The translations under genes were made by a program, and so were the position numbers. The notes under the pieces are model-generated. The model ran no database searches and was not told where the DNA came from. It worked only from the letters and a program-made list of their open reading frames with translations. Shown one piece after another: positions 21,287-33,600 of a stretch of 64,000 nucleotides of DNA. How positions within the stretch are numbered: the stretch's first letter is position 1; the number at the start of each line of letters is the position of its first letter. The DNA comes from Chrysomallon squamiferum (Eukaryota; Animalia; Mollusca), in NCBI GenBank assembly GCA_012295275.1, contig CM022675.1, forward strand, positions 13,826,001 through 13,890,000, written 5' to 3'.

Positions 21287-24200
21287 TTACAGCTGTTGTG
21301 TTGAGTTTCCATTCCACGTCGCTGAATCATCATCGTCATCCTGTCTGTTTGTGAAACGATGCAGATTGCCCTCCCTTCTGCTGATACCACCCCCACCACC
21401 TGAATGAGATTTCCGATTGTATGCACTGAAAAACAAAAATAAATAAATAAAATAAGTAAATAAGTAAGTAAATAAAAAGAACAAATAAATAAATAAATAA
21501 ACATAAGTAAATAAATAAGTATATAAGTAAGTAAATAAGTTAAAAAAACAGCTATAAAGTAAGTAAATAACTATATAAATAAGAATATCAGTAAGTTAGT
21601 AAATAAATAAACAAATAAAAAAAGAAACTCATAAACTTACACACTGAAATATTTTCACTCCATGTAAATTATTTGTATATTGTTTTAACATAAAAAAAAC
21701 ACACACATCACCCCCAGAATATCTTTTTAAAACTGCATTTAACAAAAAAAAAACTTACGTATTTTGTTTACGATCACCACCCACTGCCTGGTCTGAGGAC
21801 GTTGGTGTAACTGGTGATGTTGTAGGAGGTGGACTACTGGTAAAGAAGGAGACCACAAAGTTCCAGATCATCATAATAGGAGCCAACAAGAGAGAGAACA
21901 GATTCTCCCCTCCTCCACCACCAGAAAACTGAGTCACTGAACTTCTTTTCTAAAAAGAGAAATTTTTAACATTTATTAGAACTGTTTTTTATCACTTTTA
22001 CATAAACATTATCATTGCTATGAGAAGAATATCATGTTTATATAAATTTGTATCACTATTTTAAAATAAATCACATTTAGATGCACTGTCTCAGTTTTAA
22101 AAACGTATCACATATAAATTGTATCACTTTTACATTAACTATATCAGTATTATAAAATTATCACTTTTACATAAACTGTATCACTATTATAAAACTATAT
22201 CACTTTTACATAAACTGTATCACTATTATAAAACTATATCACTTTTACATAAACTGTTTCACTGTTATAATACTATATCACTTTTACATAAACTGTATCA
22301 TTACAAAATTATATCACTTTTACATAAACTGTATCAATTATAAAACAATTATTTTTACATAAACTGTATCAATTATTATAAAAATATATCACTCTGACTT
22401 TTTACTAATCAACTATATCATTACTTCATACACTTTGTCATTGTTTAAAAACTATATTTCAATTGTAAATAAACAAAGAAAGGATAAATAAAGGACTAAA
22501 CAAATAAAAAACACAGAATAATAAACAAACAAAGAAATAAATAAAGGATTACACGTGTAAATTAATAGCTCACAGGAATTACAATGATGACAGAGGAAGG
22601 AGCCAAGTTCAGTTCGGCGAGTGTCTGTGGCATGTCCTCCTCAGTGAAAACACGTTTAGGAAATATCGTTGATAGCGACACTGATCCATTCAGATGCTGC
22701 AAAATACAAACATAAAAAAAATGAATATTAACTGTAAGTGGTGCTGAATTAAATATATATAAAAATTAAAAACAAACATTATGAACTGTCAGTGCTGTTC
22801 TGTGAAATATACAAAAGATTTGAAATAAAAACGTAGATAAGAGGATCACTTTGGTGTAAAGTTTAGAGAAGAGACAATACTTACTTCTGAGATGAAATTA
22901 GAAGCAGTCTGAAGAGTTGCTTTCGAAGGGAATTCCTGTGTAACACTTGTACCATCAGTCAAGCGGAACTGAAGTCGAGCAGTCTCGCTGTGTTGTATTA
23001 AAATTATTATTATTATTATTTCAGTGTGGAGTGTATTTGCAAAAAGGAAGATAAATACAAAATATGCAACTTTAAGTCAGAAAAACAAAATAACACAAAT
23101 GTTTCTCTTTTCCTACTGATCAGAATTAATGACAAGATAACTGGAAGAACAAAACAACACAATATTTTCTTTTAATCCCTCTCCTTATATAAAAAAAAAA
23201 AAAAAAAGAAAAAAAAGAAAAATTACCTCCTCCTAGACTCAGCCTCTTCTGCCTTTTTCTGCTGATCAAGGAGTTTGGTTTTCTTAGCATTTTCCTGTGA
23301 CTGGAGTCGTTCCTCCTTCTCTTTGTTAAACTTTGCAGCCCTCTCCGCTCTTAAACAAACAATAATTCTTACCAGGCATTATTTAGTCTTTGTTATCAAA
23401 AAAGAGAGCAAATTGTTACAGTTCCTACAGTGCATAGATGTACATGTCTGCAACAATGTTTGCCATGTACCTGTCTCTATGTTTTAATTACACCTGTCTC
23501 TGTTTTAATTACACCTGTCTGTAACTATGTTTTAAAGATACCTGTCTCTAGCTGTTTTAATTATACCTGTTTCTAGTTATGTTTTAATTACACCTGTCTC
23601 TAACTATGTTTTAATTACACCTGTCTGTTTTAATTACACCTGTCTCTAACTATGTTTTAATTACACCTGTCTGTAACTATGTTTTAAAGATACCTGTCTC
23701 TAGCTGTTTTAGTTGTTTTAATGTTTTATACCTGTCTCTAGTTGTTTTAATTATACCTGTCTCTGTTTTAGTTATGTTTTAATGTTTTATACCTGTCTCT
23801 CTAGTCTCTAGTTATGTTTTAATTATACCTGTCTCTAGTTATGTTTTAAAGATACCTGTCTCTAGCTGTTTTAATTAAGTTCTAGTTATGTTTTAAAGAC
23901 CTAGTTGAATCTGTCTCTAATTATGTTTTAAAGATACCTGTCTCTAGCTAAGTTTTAGTTGAATCTGTCTCTAACTATGTTTTAAGTATACCTGTCTCTA
24001 GCTATATCCTCTTTCACTCTTTCTCTCGCCTTTCTTTCTTCTTCTTTGTCTTTTTTCATCTTCTCCTGGATCTCGCGCAACTCCTTTTCTGCCTGAGTCT
24101 CCTTCAACTTCTGAATGTTTTTCCCAGTCTCACGACGCTCCTTTTCTTTCAGTTTTAATTCCTGAAAACATTTATTTTTATTTTTACAGATTTCATATGA

Positions 24201-27200
24201 AAATTCAGAGTTTTCTAAAAGACAATGTTGAAGACAGATTGATGAAAGTACATTTGATGGTTTACTGTCGTTTGGGTGTATTCTCTCTCTCCTGTTAATG
24301 GCTACAAATATTTTATTAAAATATCAAGGCACATGTCAAAGTAAAGATGGTTTTTGTTTTAATTAATATATATATATATGTATTTACTCAGACTTAAAGA
24401 TATCATTCTTTATTAAAGACCAGATTCAGCACATAAAACAGTGTTTAAAAATAAATATATATCCAAACCTCTTTTTCTTTTTCTAGTTTCTCCAGTCTCT
24501 TCTGTTCCATTTTCTCTTTAGCACTGAAACAACAGAAATTATTATTTTTTATAATTACAGATTCTACCACATCCTATGATATTTGTTTACATTGTTTTCA
24601 TGTTTGTATATTATGTTTTTTTTATTATTATATTACTATACTGTAGAACTCTACTAAAGTTTAATGTTTACATTCACCTTTCTAGTCTTTCGAGTTTTCC
24701 AAACTGATGCTCCCCTTGAAACTGAGGGTCAATAGTATTAATAATTACAAAATTATATAACATGAATAATAACATTAATAAAAAATAAAATAAAAGTCCC
24801 CAATTATAAACTTTTTTTACACTTGTTATTAATTTTTACAACTGAAAATGAGTTTATTTTATAAAATTACATGGCAACTCTGGTTTCAAAATCCAGTTTT
24901 TGTTTCTTAGCTTCAGATGAACTTTCGTCATCAGCTTTGGTGTCAGTTGTACTGGATGCTGGCACCTCCTCTGACTCTGGCTTTTCTGCTGCTGCTGCTG
25001 CAGATGCTGCTACATTTTCTTCTATAAAATATATTCTAATATGTATTTACACATAAAGATTTCAGGTACACTGTATAACATATATATGCATATCTTTATA
25101 TAAGTACATACAGATCAGCTTTTTTTTTAAAGTATCGGTTATCCATGGTTAGCACACACTCACTCAGTAACTTCAGTGGAAATATAAGTACTTTTAGGAA
25201 CTAGATCTGTTCAGTTTTATGGTCCACTCAATTTAAAACATAGTGACTGATGTGATGTGTATACTCTATAGTGTCAGATCGGAGTCTGAGAACACAATGA
25301 TTATCAGTGTTGAGTACTCACATCTGATACTGCTTCATTCACCATTTGATGTCTGACACTACTGCATTCACCACCAGACATCTGACACTACTACATTAAC
25401 CACTAGACATCTGAAACTATTACATTCACCACCAGACATCTGACACTATTACATTCACCACCAGACATCTGACACTTTTACATTCACCACCAGACATCTG
25501 ACACTTTTACATTCACCACCAGACATCTGACACTATTACATTCACCACCAGACATCTGACACTATTACATTCACCACCAGACATCTGACACTACTACATT
25601 CACTAGACATCTGACACTACTACATTCACCACCAGACGTCTAACACTACATTCACCACCAGCTGTCTGACACTACTACATTCACCACCAGACATCTGACA
25701 CTACTGCATTCTCTACCAGATGTCAGACATAATGAAATACTGAACTTCCTATCTCAATATGGCCTCCTGTTACTTCAACTGAGATTTAACTAACACAAAA
25801 ATCAGTAGGATTTTCAAAATAAACTTGATAAACAATTGTTAAATACCAAAACATACTGTATATACTTGTGTATAAATCGAATTTTTGGGAGACTATATTA
25901 AGGTAATATTTTGGGGGCCGACTTATACATAGGTAATGCTTTTGTAGCTGTTGCTGAAGAGTCGCCATTTTGACTATTTTTTGCTACGGGATGCATCTAA
26001 AATAATCGCAGTCTTTCAGCTTTTCAAAAATATAATTTTATCGTATAAAAAAATTGGAAAAATTAAATAACAAAACCAAATATGAATGTAAAACATGATA
26101 TTCTTCTGTTTAATGACATAAAAATACATTTTAAAGCGAGAAAACCGTCAGTATGGTGTTATGCCTTACGGCATCTTGCAATGATCTAGGAATGCAGACT
26201 TCTCTGCCAAATTGCACTAAATATCGGTCCTAATTTCATAAACAAAACTCACTTGTTTAATTGTAAATAATTTGATGAAATAATATTGCAATCGTCATTA
26301 ATATCCACTACCGACAAATTTTGTAAATCATAGAACGGCTAAATATAACAGTAAGTTAGGTCTCCATGTTAGACCTATTACATTAAAGAGATACTATTTA
26401 TGATACATTTAGGCTATAGCTCGTGTAATACATGCATTTATGTTATTATGGTATGTTCGTGCAAGTTACAGCTCGTGCAAGTTATGTTACAGTAGGCGTA
26501 CAATGTAGGCCTTCATGGCACTGTCACAATGGTCTGAAAATAGTGACGGTGCCTGGAATCTACAGTCGACTTATACACAAGTGACGCAATTTTTTGTCTT
26601 AAAATACACATCGACTTATACATAAGGTCGCCTTGTACACAAGTATATACGGTATATATTTTTTTAAACAATATTAAATATATTTCACAATCCAACAATT
26701 TCTCCAAATCTGGTTTGTAGCATGTGATCTCTTATCTTTTAAATAACATTTATAAAAGATACTTTGTTACTAGCCTGTAAGAGTATCCTATGATATAACA
26801 GCAAATTTAACTTATTTCTTTCCCCCCCATCTCTCTATCTTTCTCTCTGTATTAAAAGTAAACACTCAAGTGATATTAATATATACCTGCAGCCATTTTT
26901 TCTGCAGGTTTTACTTCGTCATTCTGTTGTTCTGTTTTTTTCTCTGACTGTGGCTGAATTTCTGACTTTGTCTCTGTTTGTGGCTGTAACTTAGACTTGT
27001 GAGTCTAAAAAATTACAAGATGTGTTGTTGATACAGAATTGATAAACACAAATATATATATATTATATAATAATCTTAATAACTGCTTGTGAAATCTGTG
27101 AGTTATAAAAAGTCTATTTCTGTGGGCTAAATTTGATGCGTTTTACATCTAGTAATAATTATGACTCTGAATAAGAACAGCATTATCTTCAACACTGACA

Positions 27201-28807
27201 AAGACATTATTATTATTTCGAAAGAATGATAAAAAATGTATTCATTTCATTATTTTTTAAATAAAATGAAATAAAATTTACTAAATTACTTCAACATTTT
27301 TCTTTTTAATACATTCACAAGACTCAATAGTTTTCATTCAAGTTTCTTTTTAAGAAAAAATATTCTTTATTAGCTGGGTTTTTTTGGTTTGTTTGTTCTT
27401 ATTTTTGGTGGGGTTTTTTTTTTGTGTGTGTGTTTGTGTTGGATGTTTTCATCCAGATTAAATAACACTTAAAAAAATAAAAATAAAATTTTTAAAAATT
27501 CAAATGTGAAGACATCAGATGAAAGTTGTTACTTCACTAAACTCCCTGAAATCAGTTTCTAAGCAAGGATCAAAGAAAAATGTTTGCTGAAACTTTAACA
27601 GCAACAACAATCTCACCAATTTCTTGAAAACTATCACGTGCAAGAGATGTAATAACAATTTTAATTTTCATAATAATTACAAAACATTTCAAATTAAACT
27701 TTATAACATCTTGAATAATGATTAATTAATAATAAAATAATTAATAAACATACCTCAAGGACTGACTTAATAATTTTCAGAAATTCCACACTTTCAACAT
27801 GTCCACCTGTCACTTCAATTGGGATTCCATTGACACTGATAAAGAATGTCGATGGAACAACCACAACGGGGTCTGAACATTTTTGTAAGGAATATAACAA
27901 TAACCATTACATTAATAAATTAAATTAAATTAATTCACTTATTGTGTCTTAAAAATATAAATTAAAAATACTCTCCATATGTTAATGATTTCAACATGAC
28001 AACAGAAAGTAACTGAAAATGACACAAACTGTGTCAAAACTCCATCTATGAACTTTATTATTTACTTACTCTCCCAATCTATAAATGTTAAAAGTATTTA
28101 GAAAAGTAAAAATGTATGCTAACTAAAAGTAAATATATTTAAATTTAAAAGTAATACAAGTTGAAGTAATTTGTTTATACATATAATTATAAAAGTAATA
28201 CTAATAGATATAAAATTAATTGGCTTTAAAGGAAACAAATAAAACGATTTGGGTTTATTTTAAAGGTAACATACTAACTTAAATCAATTTTATTGAATTT
28301 AAATAATTTTCTTTTTGAATAATAATATATAATAAATATCTGTTTATTTAAAAGATACAAATCTGGGAAAAGAATCCACAGGCATCACTGAAACAAGAAA
28401 AGCAAATTCAAAACTAAAATTGGTTGTTACATACTAGGGATGGAGTAAGTCTAAAATCTGAAGAAAAGTAAATGAAAAATAAATAAAAAAAATAAAAAAT
28501 AAAAAATATATTGTGATCATTTTATGTTAATATTCTTCAATTTTAAGAATACAGTATTTTTCAGTGGATATCTGTGTACACAGCAGGCTACACTGTAGAT
28601 GGAAGTCAGTGTTTAAACATATCTTTGTGAGTTTATGTAGTTGTATGTAAACCACACACACACACTCGCACAGACATAGAATAGAACTAACCTGTCTGCT
28701 TCTATACGGATGGCAACACATTTCTCTTGTTCACATAAAGCACAAATTTCAGAATTTTCCCAAGTTTCAAGCATCTTTTTTGAGAGATCATCTTTACCTG
28801 AAACAAA

Positions 28808-28860
<53 letters not shown>

Positions 28861-29159
28861 AATATTGCAATAAATGGATATCCGAATCGTCTCTGGATCA
28901 GTGGATGCTGCTAGCATTTGTGCAGCATTTATATTTATATTGCAATAAAATTAAATTTACAGCAAACTGAATATGAATTTGCATTTAAGAGCTAAGTAGT
29001 TACTGATACTGATAGTGATAGTTAATTTTCAAAACCTATTTTCAGTATTTAAATTTTAATTTTAACTTTTTTCTCACCAGAAATGTATACAATAAATAGC
29101 AAATTATTAGCTTTTGAATGTTGGATGGCCTCTGGAATTGTTCCCGTAAACCACTTCAT
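21287..29159 (-). CDS. UBXN4: UBX domain-containing protein 4 (erasin), ER p97/VCP adaptor, 13 exons, about 502 aa
   Basis: Exons 29078-29159 (MKWFTGTIPEAI), 28692-28797, 28359-28387, 27754-27872, 26887-27004, 24871-25021, 24469-24523, 23992-24161, 23227-23349, 22885-22987, 22574-22696, 21759-21949, 21287-21425; total 1509 nt, in phase. Contains FSQIYPVVVVPSTFFI..NGIPIEV, a charged coiled coil, the UBX domain (ARLQFRLTDG...IFPKRVF...LNLAPSS), a hydrophobic membrane segment and the diagnostic C-terminus TWNGNSTQQL. Confidence 0.95.
22118..22390. repeat. Minisatellite, about 39 bp unit with a TATCACT half-period
   Basis: TATCACTTTTACATAAACTGTATCACTATTATAAAACTA repeated about 6-7 times. Confidence 0.9.
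23468..24004. repeat. Minisatellite of about 27 bp derived from the UBXN4 exon 8 donor junction
   Basis: Unit (T/C)ACCTGTCTCTA(A/G)CTATGTTTTAA.., which reads TAGAGACAG|GT on the minus strand. The copy at the top end is the real exon-intron boundary at 23991/23992. Confidence 0.9.
25320..25730. repeat. 29 bp minisatellite, about 14 copies
   Basis: Unit CCAGACATCTGACACTATTACATTCACCA. Confidence 0.92.
25856..26652. mobile_element. Non-autonomous Tc1/mariner-superfamily (pogo/Tigger-type) MITE of about 800 bp in a UBXN4 intron
   Basis: Left end TA|CTGTATATACTTGTGTATAAATCGA; reverse complement of right end TA|CCGTATATACTTGTGTACAAGGCGA. TA target-site duplication on both sides, subterminal CGACTTATAC repeats, CpG-richer than the flanks. 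Confidence 0.85.
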
Positions 29160-29199
29160 TGTTGTCATTTCTTACAGTGGATCAACAATGAAAAATAAA

Positions 29200-29700
29200 T
29201 AAAACAGATTAATGGGTTTTTTGGTTGTTATTATGTTTTTAACTTTCGAAGATTACGTGTAGGTAAGAACCGGAAGTAGCTATTGAGAATAGACTGACAA
29301 CCAAACATTTATAAATAGATTGATAAAGCCAGTCTAAATGGAACGTTCGGAATAACTCGCTTTTTTCCGAAGTTTTCCGATTGTGTATATTTTATATGTA
29401 CTGTAAACCGAATTTTGTCGACTTCAGCGAATGCTCTGTGCGTTCTTATGGCTCTATTAGTAATATTGACAAAGTAGTTACCTTTCTTATTCCAGGCAGG
29501 AATAGGTTGCAACCAGGATGTCTATTAACACGGTGAGTTATGTATTATGGCAGTCTAATTTAATTTGTTTCTTTGCTTTTTAAAATATTTAATTAGAAAA
29601 ATATAAAATTTAAACCGGAAGATATGAACTTTCGGCTTTAATCGGGATAAAGTTCTCGGTTGACTGAAGTCCCTTCAGGTCGCGTACAATAGACTAAAAG
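29200..29700. promoter_or_regulatory. Bidirectional promoter for UBXN4 and STARD3
   Basis: The UBXN4 ATG (29159) and the STARD3 first donor (29532) are 373 bp apart. CpG is locally enriched, ETS/GABP-type sites CCGGAAGT (29270-29277) and CCGGAAG (29615-29621) are present, and the strand skew switches here. Confidence 0.75.
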
Positions 29701-30400
29701 CAAACAAAAATTAAAGAGTCACATTGTGATTGTAATAATTTCGTGTTGTCATGTATTAAACTTTATCAGACATAACCGCTGAGAGATGTATCTGAATATA
29801 AATTTAAAAAGCCACATAATGTTTAAATTCAACCATCACTCAGTGACTTTTTTTTTTATCTTCAACATTTAATCACTGATGGTGATTAAATATTGAAGAT
29901 AAACAAAAAGGACAAAGTTTATTTCCACGTTTGTCCACCCAGACCTTGTGACCAACTAATTAACCATGTGATCGCAAGCTATCCAGGAAGTAAAAAGATC
30001 ACCTCCTTTTCTTCCTCAACCGGTAGAAATATTTTAAGTAAGTTTATATTCAACATTTCAGGCACAGTTTCACGATTTCAAGCTAGGGGCAACAGAACGA
30101 CAAATCCCTGATTTTGGAAAAGGATAGAAACGAACAAATGTTTACACACAATATAATGAATACTGAATTAGTGAATATAGATATTAATTTGATATTTTAT
30201 ATAATCCTAATGTTATTACTAGAACGGCATTTACAAAATCTCGTGAGTTTGTACTCTAAGTGTAAGTATGAAGTATTTAAGCAACAATAATCGGGAAACA
30301 AAGGCCTTTAATTCATTTGTCTTCAATTTAAAACGAAAAAAATTACTTTATTTTTATTATTGTTTTGTTTTGTTTTTCTTTATGTAAATACTTAACAATA

Positions 30401-30450
<50 letters not shown>

Positions 30451-30620
30451 CCTGCAAAGTAATAAAGACTCCAGTCTTTAAAAATATAAAAAATGGAATC
30501 TGCTTTTCCCACATCCAGTGTCTCATATCAAAAGGATAATAAACAACATTTCTTTTTATGGGCCTAATTACCCTGTCATTAAGGAAATGTAATTTAAAAG
30601 TTTTTCAGACAGGTGAGGAC

Positions 30621-33600
30621 ATGGTACAGGTGAATGAGTCACGGGAGTGGCAGGCTAAAGCAGCAGGCACTGCACTGTACCAAGGCAGACCATCCAGAGA
30701 TCTCGGTCCATTAAATACCAACGACAACCTGTGAGTTTTAAACAGTTTAATTTTTTTTTTTTTTTATTTGTTAATAACAAACTGAACATGTAACAGTCAA
30801 TTTACATTTAATTTTATTGTTTGTTATGCTTTTATTTAATCTCTCTTTCTCTGATTTGTAAACAACTTTTCTGTACACACTTATTTTCACTGCATAGCTT
30901 AGGAATATGTTCACACAGAGACATACACTAAGCATTATTAAATATATATTCTTTTTATTTTATTTATATTTAAGATTCATGCACAATCATAATGGTATAA
31001 AAATAGACATGCACACAAGCAAACACAAACATGCATTCACACATACACACACACTGATATTGTTTGTATTTGTTTTCCAGACCAATTCCCAGTAACATAA
31101 GAACAGATATGATTGCAATGGAAGAAATGAAAATGTCTGCTGTCCGTAGGACATTCTGTCTGTTTGTTACCTTTGACCTTATTTTCTCCTTCATATTGTG
31201 GGTCATTTATACACAGGTATTAAGATTTGTATACCTTGTTTTGTGTTTATAAGCATAACGTGTCTTTCTACGAATGTCTTAGTTTGCGTCTGTGAGTATT
31301 GATACAGGGAGGTGTTTGTCTGTACTGTAACTGGGGGTTGTTACAGGGAGGTTTGAGTTTGTACTGTAATTAGCTATTGTTATAGAGTGGTGTGTGTTAT
31401 AAAGATTAAAAATGTATAAAATAAATACTTTATATTAGTTTGTTTCATTATTGTTTTGATATATTTTATTCATTTATTTAAAAGTAACATAAGTAAAATT
31501 AATTTTGTTTATTTATGAAGTAACAGAAATAAACTTAATTAGTTTTCAGAAGGTTTTAAAGATAAAAAATTAATTTGTTTTAGCTGATTTTAAAGTTAAT
31601 ATAAAAGCTTATTATTGGTTTTAAATAATTCTGTCTAATATAAATAAGTATTATTTCAAATTAATATTTGTTTCAGCTCTTTGGAGATAAAAAGTACACA
31701 GCTTTCAAAAAGCAGGTCGCTGACTATGACTTCAGATACTCATTGTTTGACTCTGTCGTAAGATTTTCAACATTTCATAATACAGTTTATCAAAAATTAT
31801 TATTATTATTTTTTTAATTGACGAGTAACAACATCCCCCACCAAAACACACATTAATTGATAAATAAATGAATAAATACATAAATAATAAAAGGGTTTTG
31901 TTTTTTTAATTGACAATGACACCTGTTTTTAAGTGTTTTATTTTTTAAATTGACACTGACACATATTTTTAAGTGTTTTATTTTTTAAATTGATAATGAC
32001 ACCTGTCTTTAAGTGTTTTATTTTTTAAATTGACAATGACACATGTTTTAAGTGTTTTATTTTTTAAATTGATAATGACACCTGTTTTTAAGTGTTTTAT
32101 TTTTTAAATTGACAATGACACCTGTCTTTAAGTGTTTTATTTTTTAAATTGACAATGACACATGTTTTAAGTGTTTTATTTTTTAAATTTTTTTAAATTG
32201 ACAATGACACATGTTTTTAAGTGTTTTATTTTTTAAATTGACAATGACACCTGTTTTTAAGTGTTTTATTTTTTAAATTGACAATGACACATGTTTTTAA
32301 GTGTTTTATTTTTTAAATTGACAATTTTACATGTTTTAAGTGTTTTATTTTTTAAATTGACAATGACACATGTTTTCAGTGTTTTATTTTTTAAATTGAC
32401 AAATACACCTGTTTTTAAGTGTTTTATTTTTTAAATTGACAATGACACCTGTTTTTAAGTGTTTTATTTTTTAAATTGACAATTTTACATGTTTTTAAGT
32501 GTTTTATTTTTTAAATTGATAATGACACCTGTCTTTAAGTGTTTTATTTTTTAAATTGACAATGACACATGTTTTAAGTGTTTTATTTTTTAAATTGATA
32601 ATGACACCTGTTTTTAAGTGTTTTATTTTTTAAATTGACAATGACACCTGTCTTTAAGTGTTTTATTTTTTAAATTGACAATGACACATGTTTTAAGTGT
32701 TTTATTTTTTAAATTGACAATGACACCTGTTTTTAAGTGTTTTATTTTTTAAATTGACAATGACACATGTTTTTAAGTGTTTTATTTTTTAAATTGACAA
32801 TGACAAGTGTTTTATTTTTAAATTGACAATTTTACTTTTTAAGTGTTTTATTTTTTAAATTGACAATGACACATGTTTTCAGTGTTTTATTTTTTAAATT
32901 GACAATGACACCTGTTTTTAAGTGTTTTATTTTTTAAATTGACAATTTTACATGTTTTTAAGTGTTTTATTTTTTAAATTGACAATTTTACATGTTTTAA
33001 GTGTTTTATTTTTTAAATTGACAATGACACCTGTTTTTAAGTGTTTTATTTTTTAAATTGACAATGACACATGTTTTTAAGTGTTTTATTTTTTAAATTG
33101 ACAATGACACATGTTTTAAGTGTTTTATTTTTTAAATTGATAATGACACCTGTTTTTAAGTGTTTTATTTTTTAAATTGACAATGACACCTGTCTTTAAG
33201 TGTTTTATTTTTTAAATTGACAATGACACATGTTTTAAGTGTTTTATTTTTTAAATTGACAATGACACCTGTTTTTAAGTGTTTTGTTTTTTAAATTGAC
33301 AATGACACATGTTTTTAAGTGTTTTATTTTTTAAATTGACAATGACACCTGTTTTTAAGTGTTTTATTTTTTAAATTGACAATGACACATGTTTTTAAGT
33401 GTTTTATTTTTTAAATTGACAATTTTACATGTTTTAAGTGTTTTATTTTTTAAATTGACAATGACACATGTTTTCAGTGTTTTATTTTTTTAAATTGACA
33501 ATGACACCTGTTTTTAAGTGTTTTATTTTTAAATTGACAATTTTACATGTTTTTTAAGTGTTTTATTTTTAAATTGACAATTTTACATGTTTTAAGTGTT

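Noticed and set aside
23525-23945. GTATCTTT U12-like donors within the UBXN4 repeat array
   Set aside because: These are repeat variants of the real GTATAC donor, and there is no U12 branch site at the downstream acceptor (23350).
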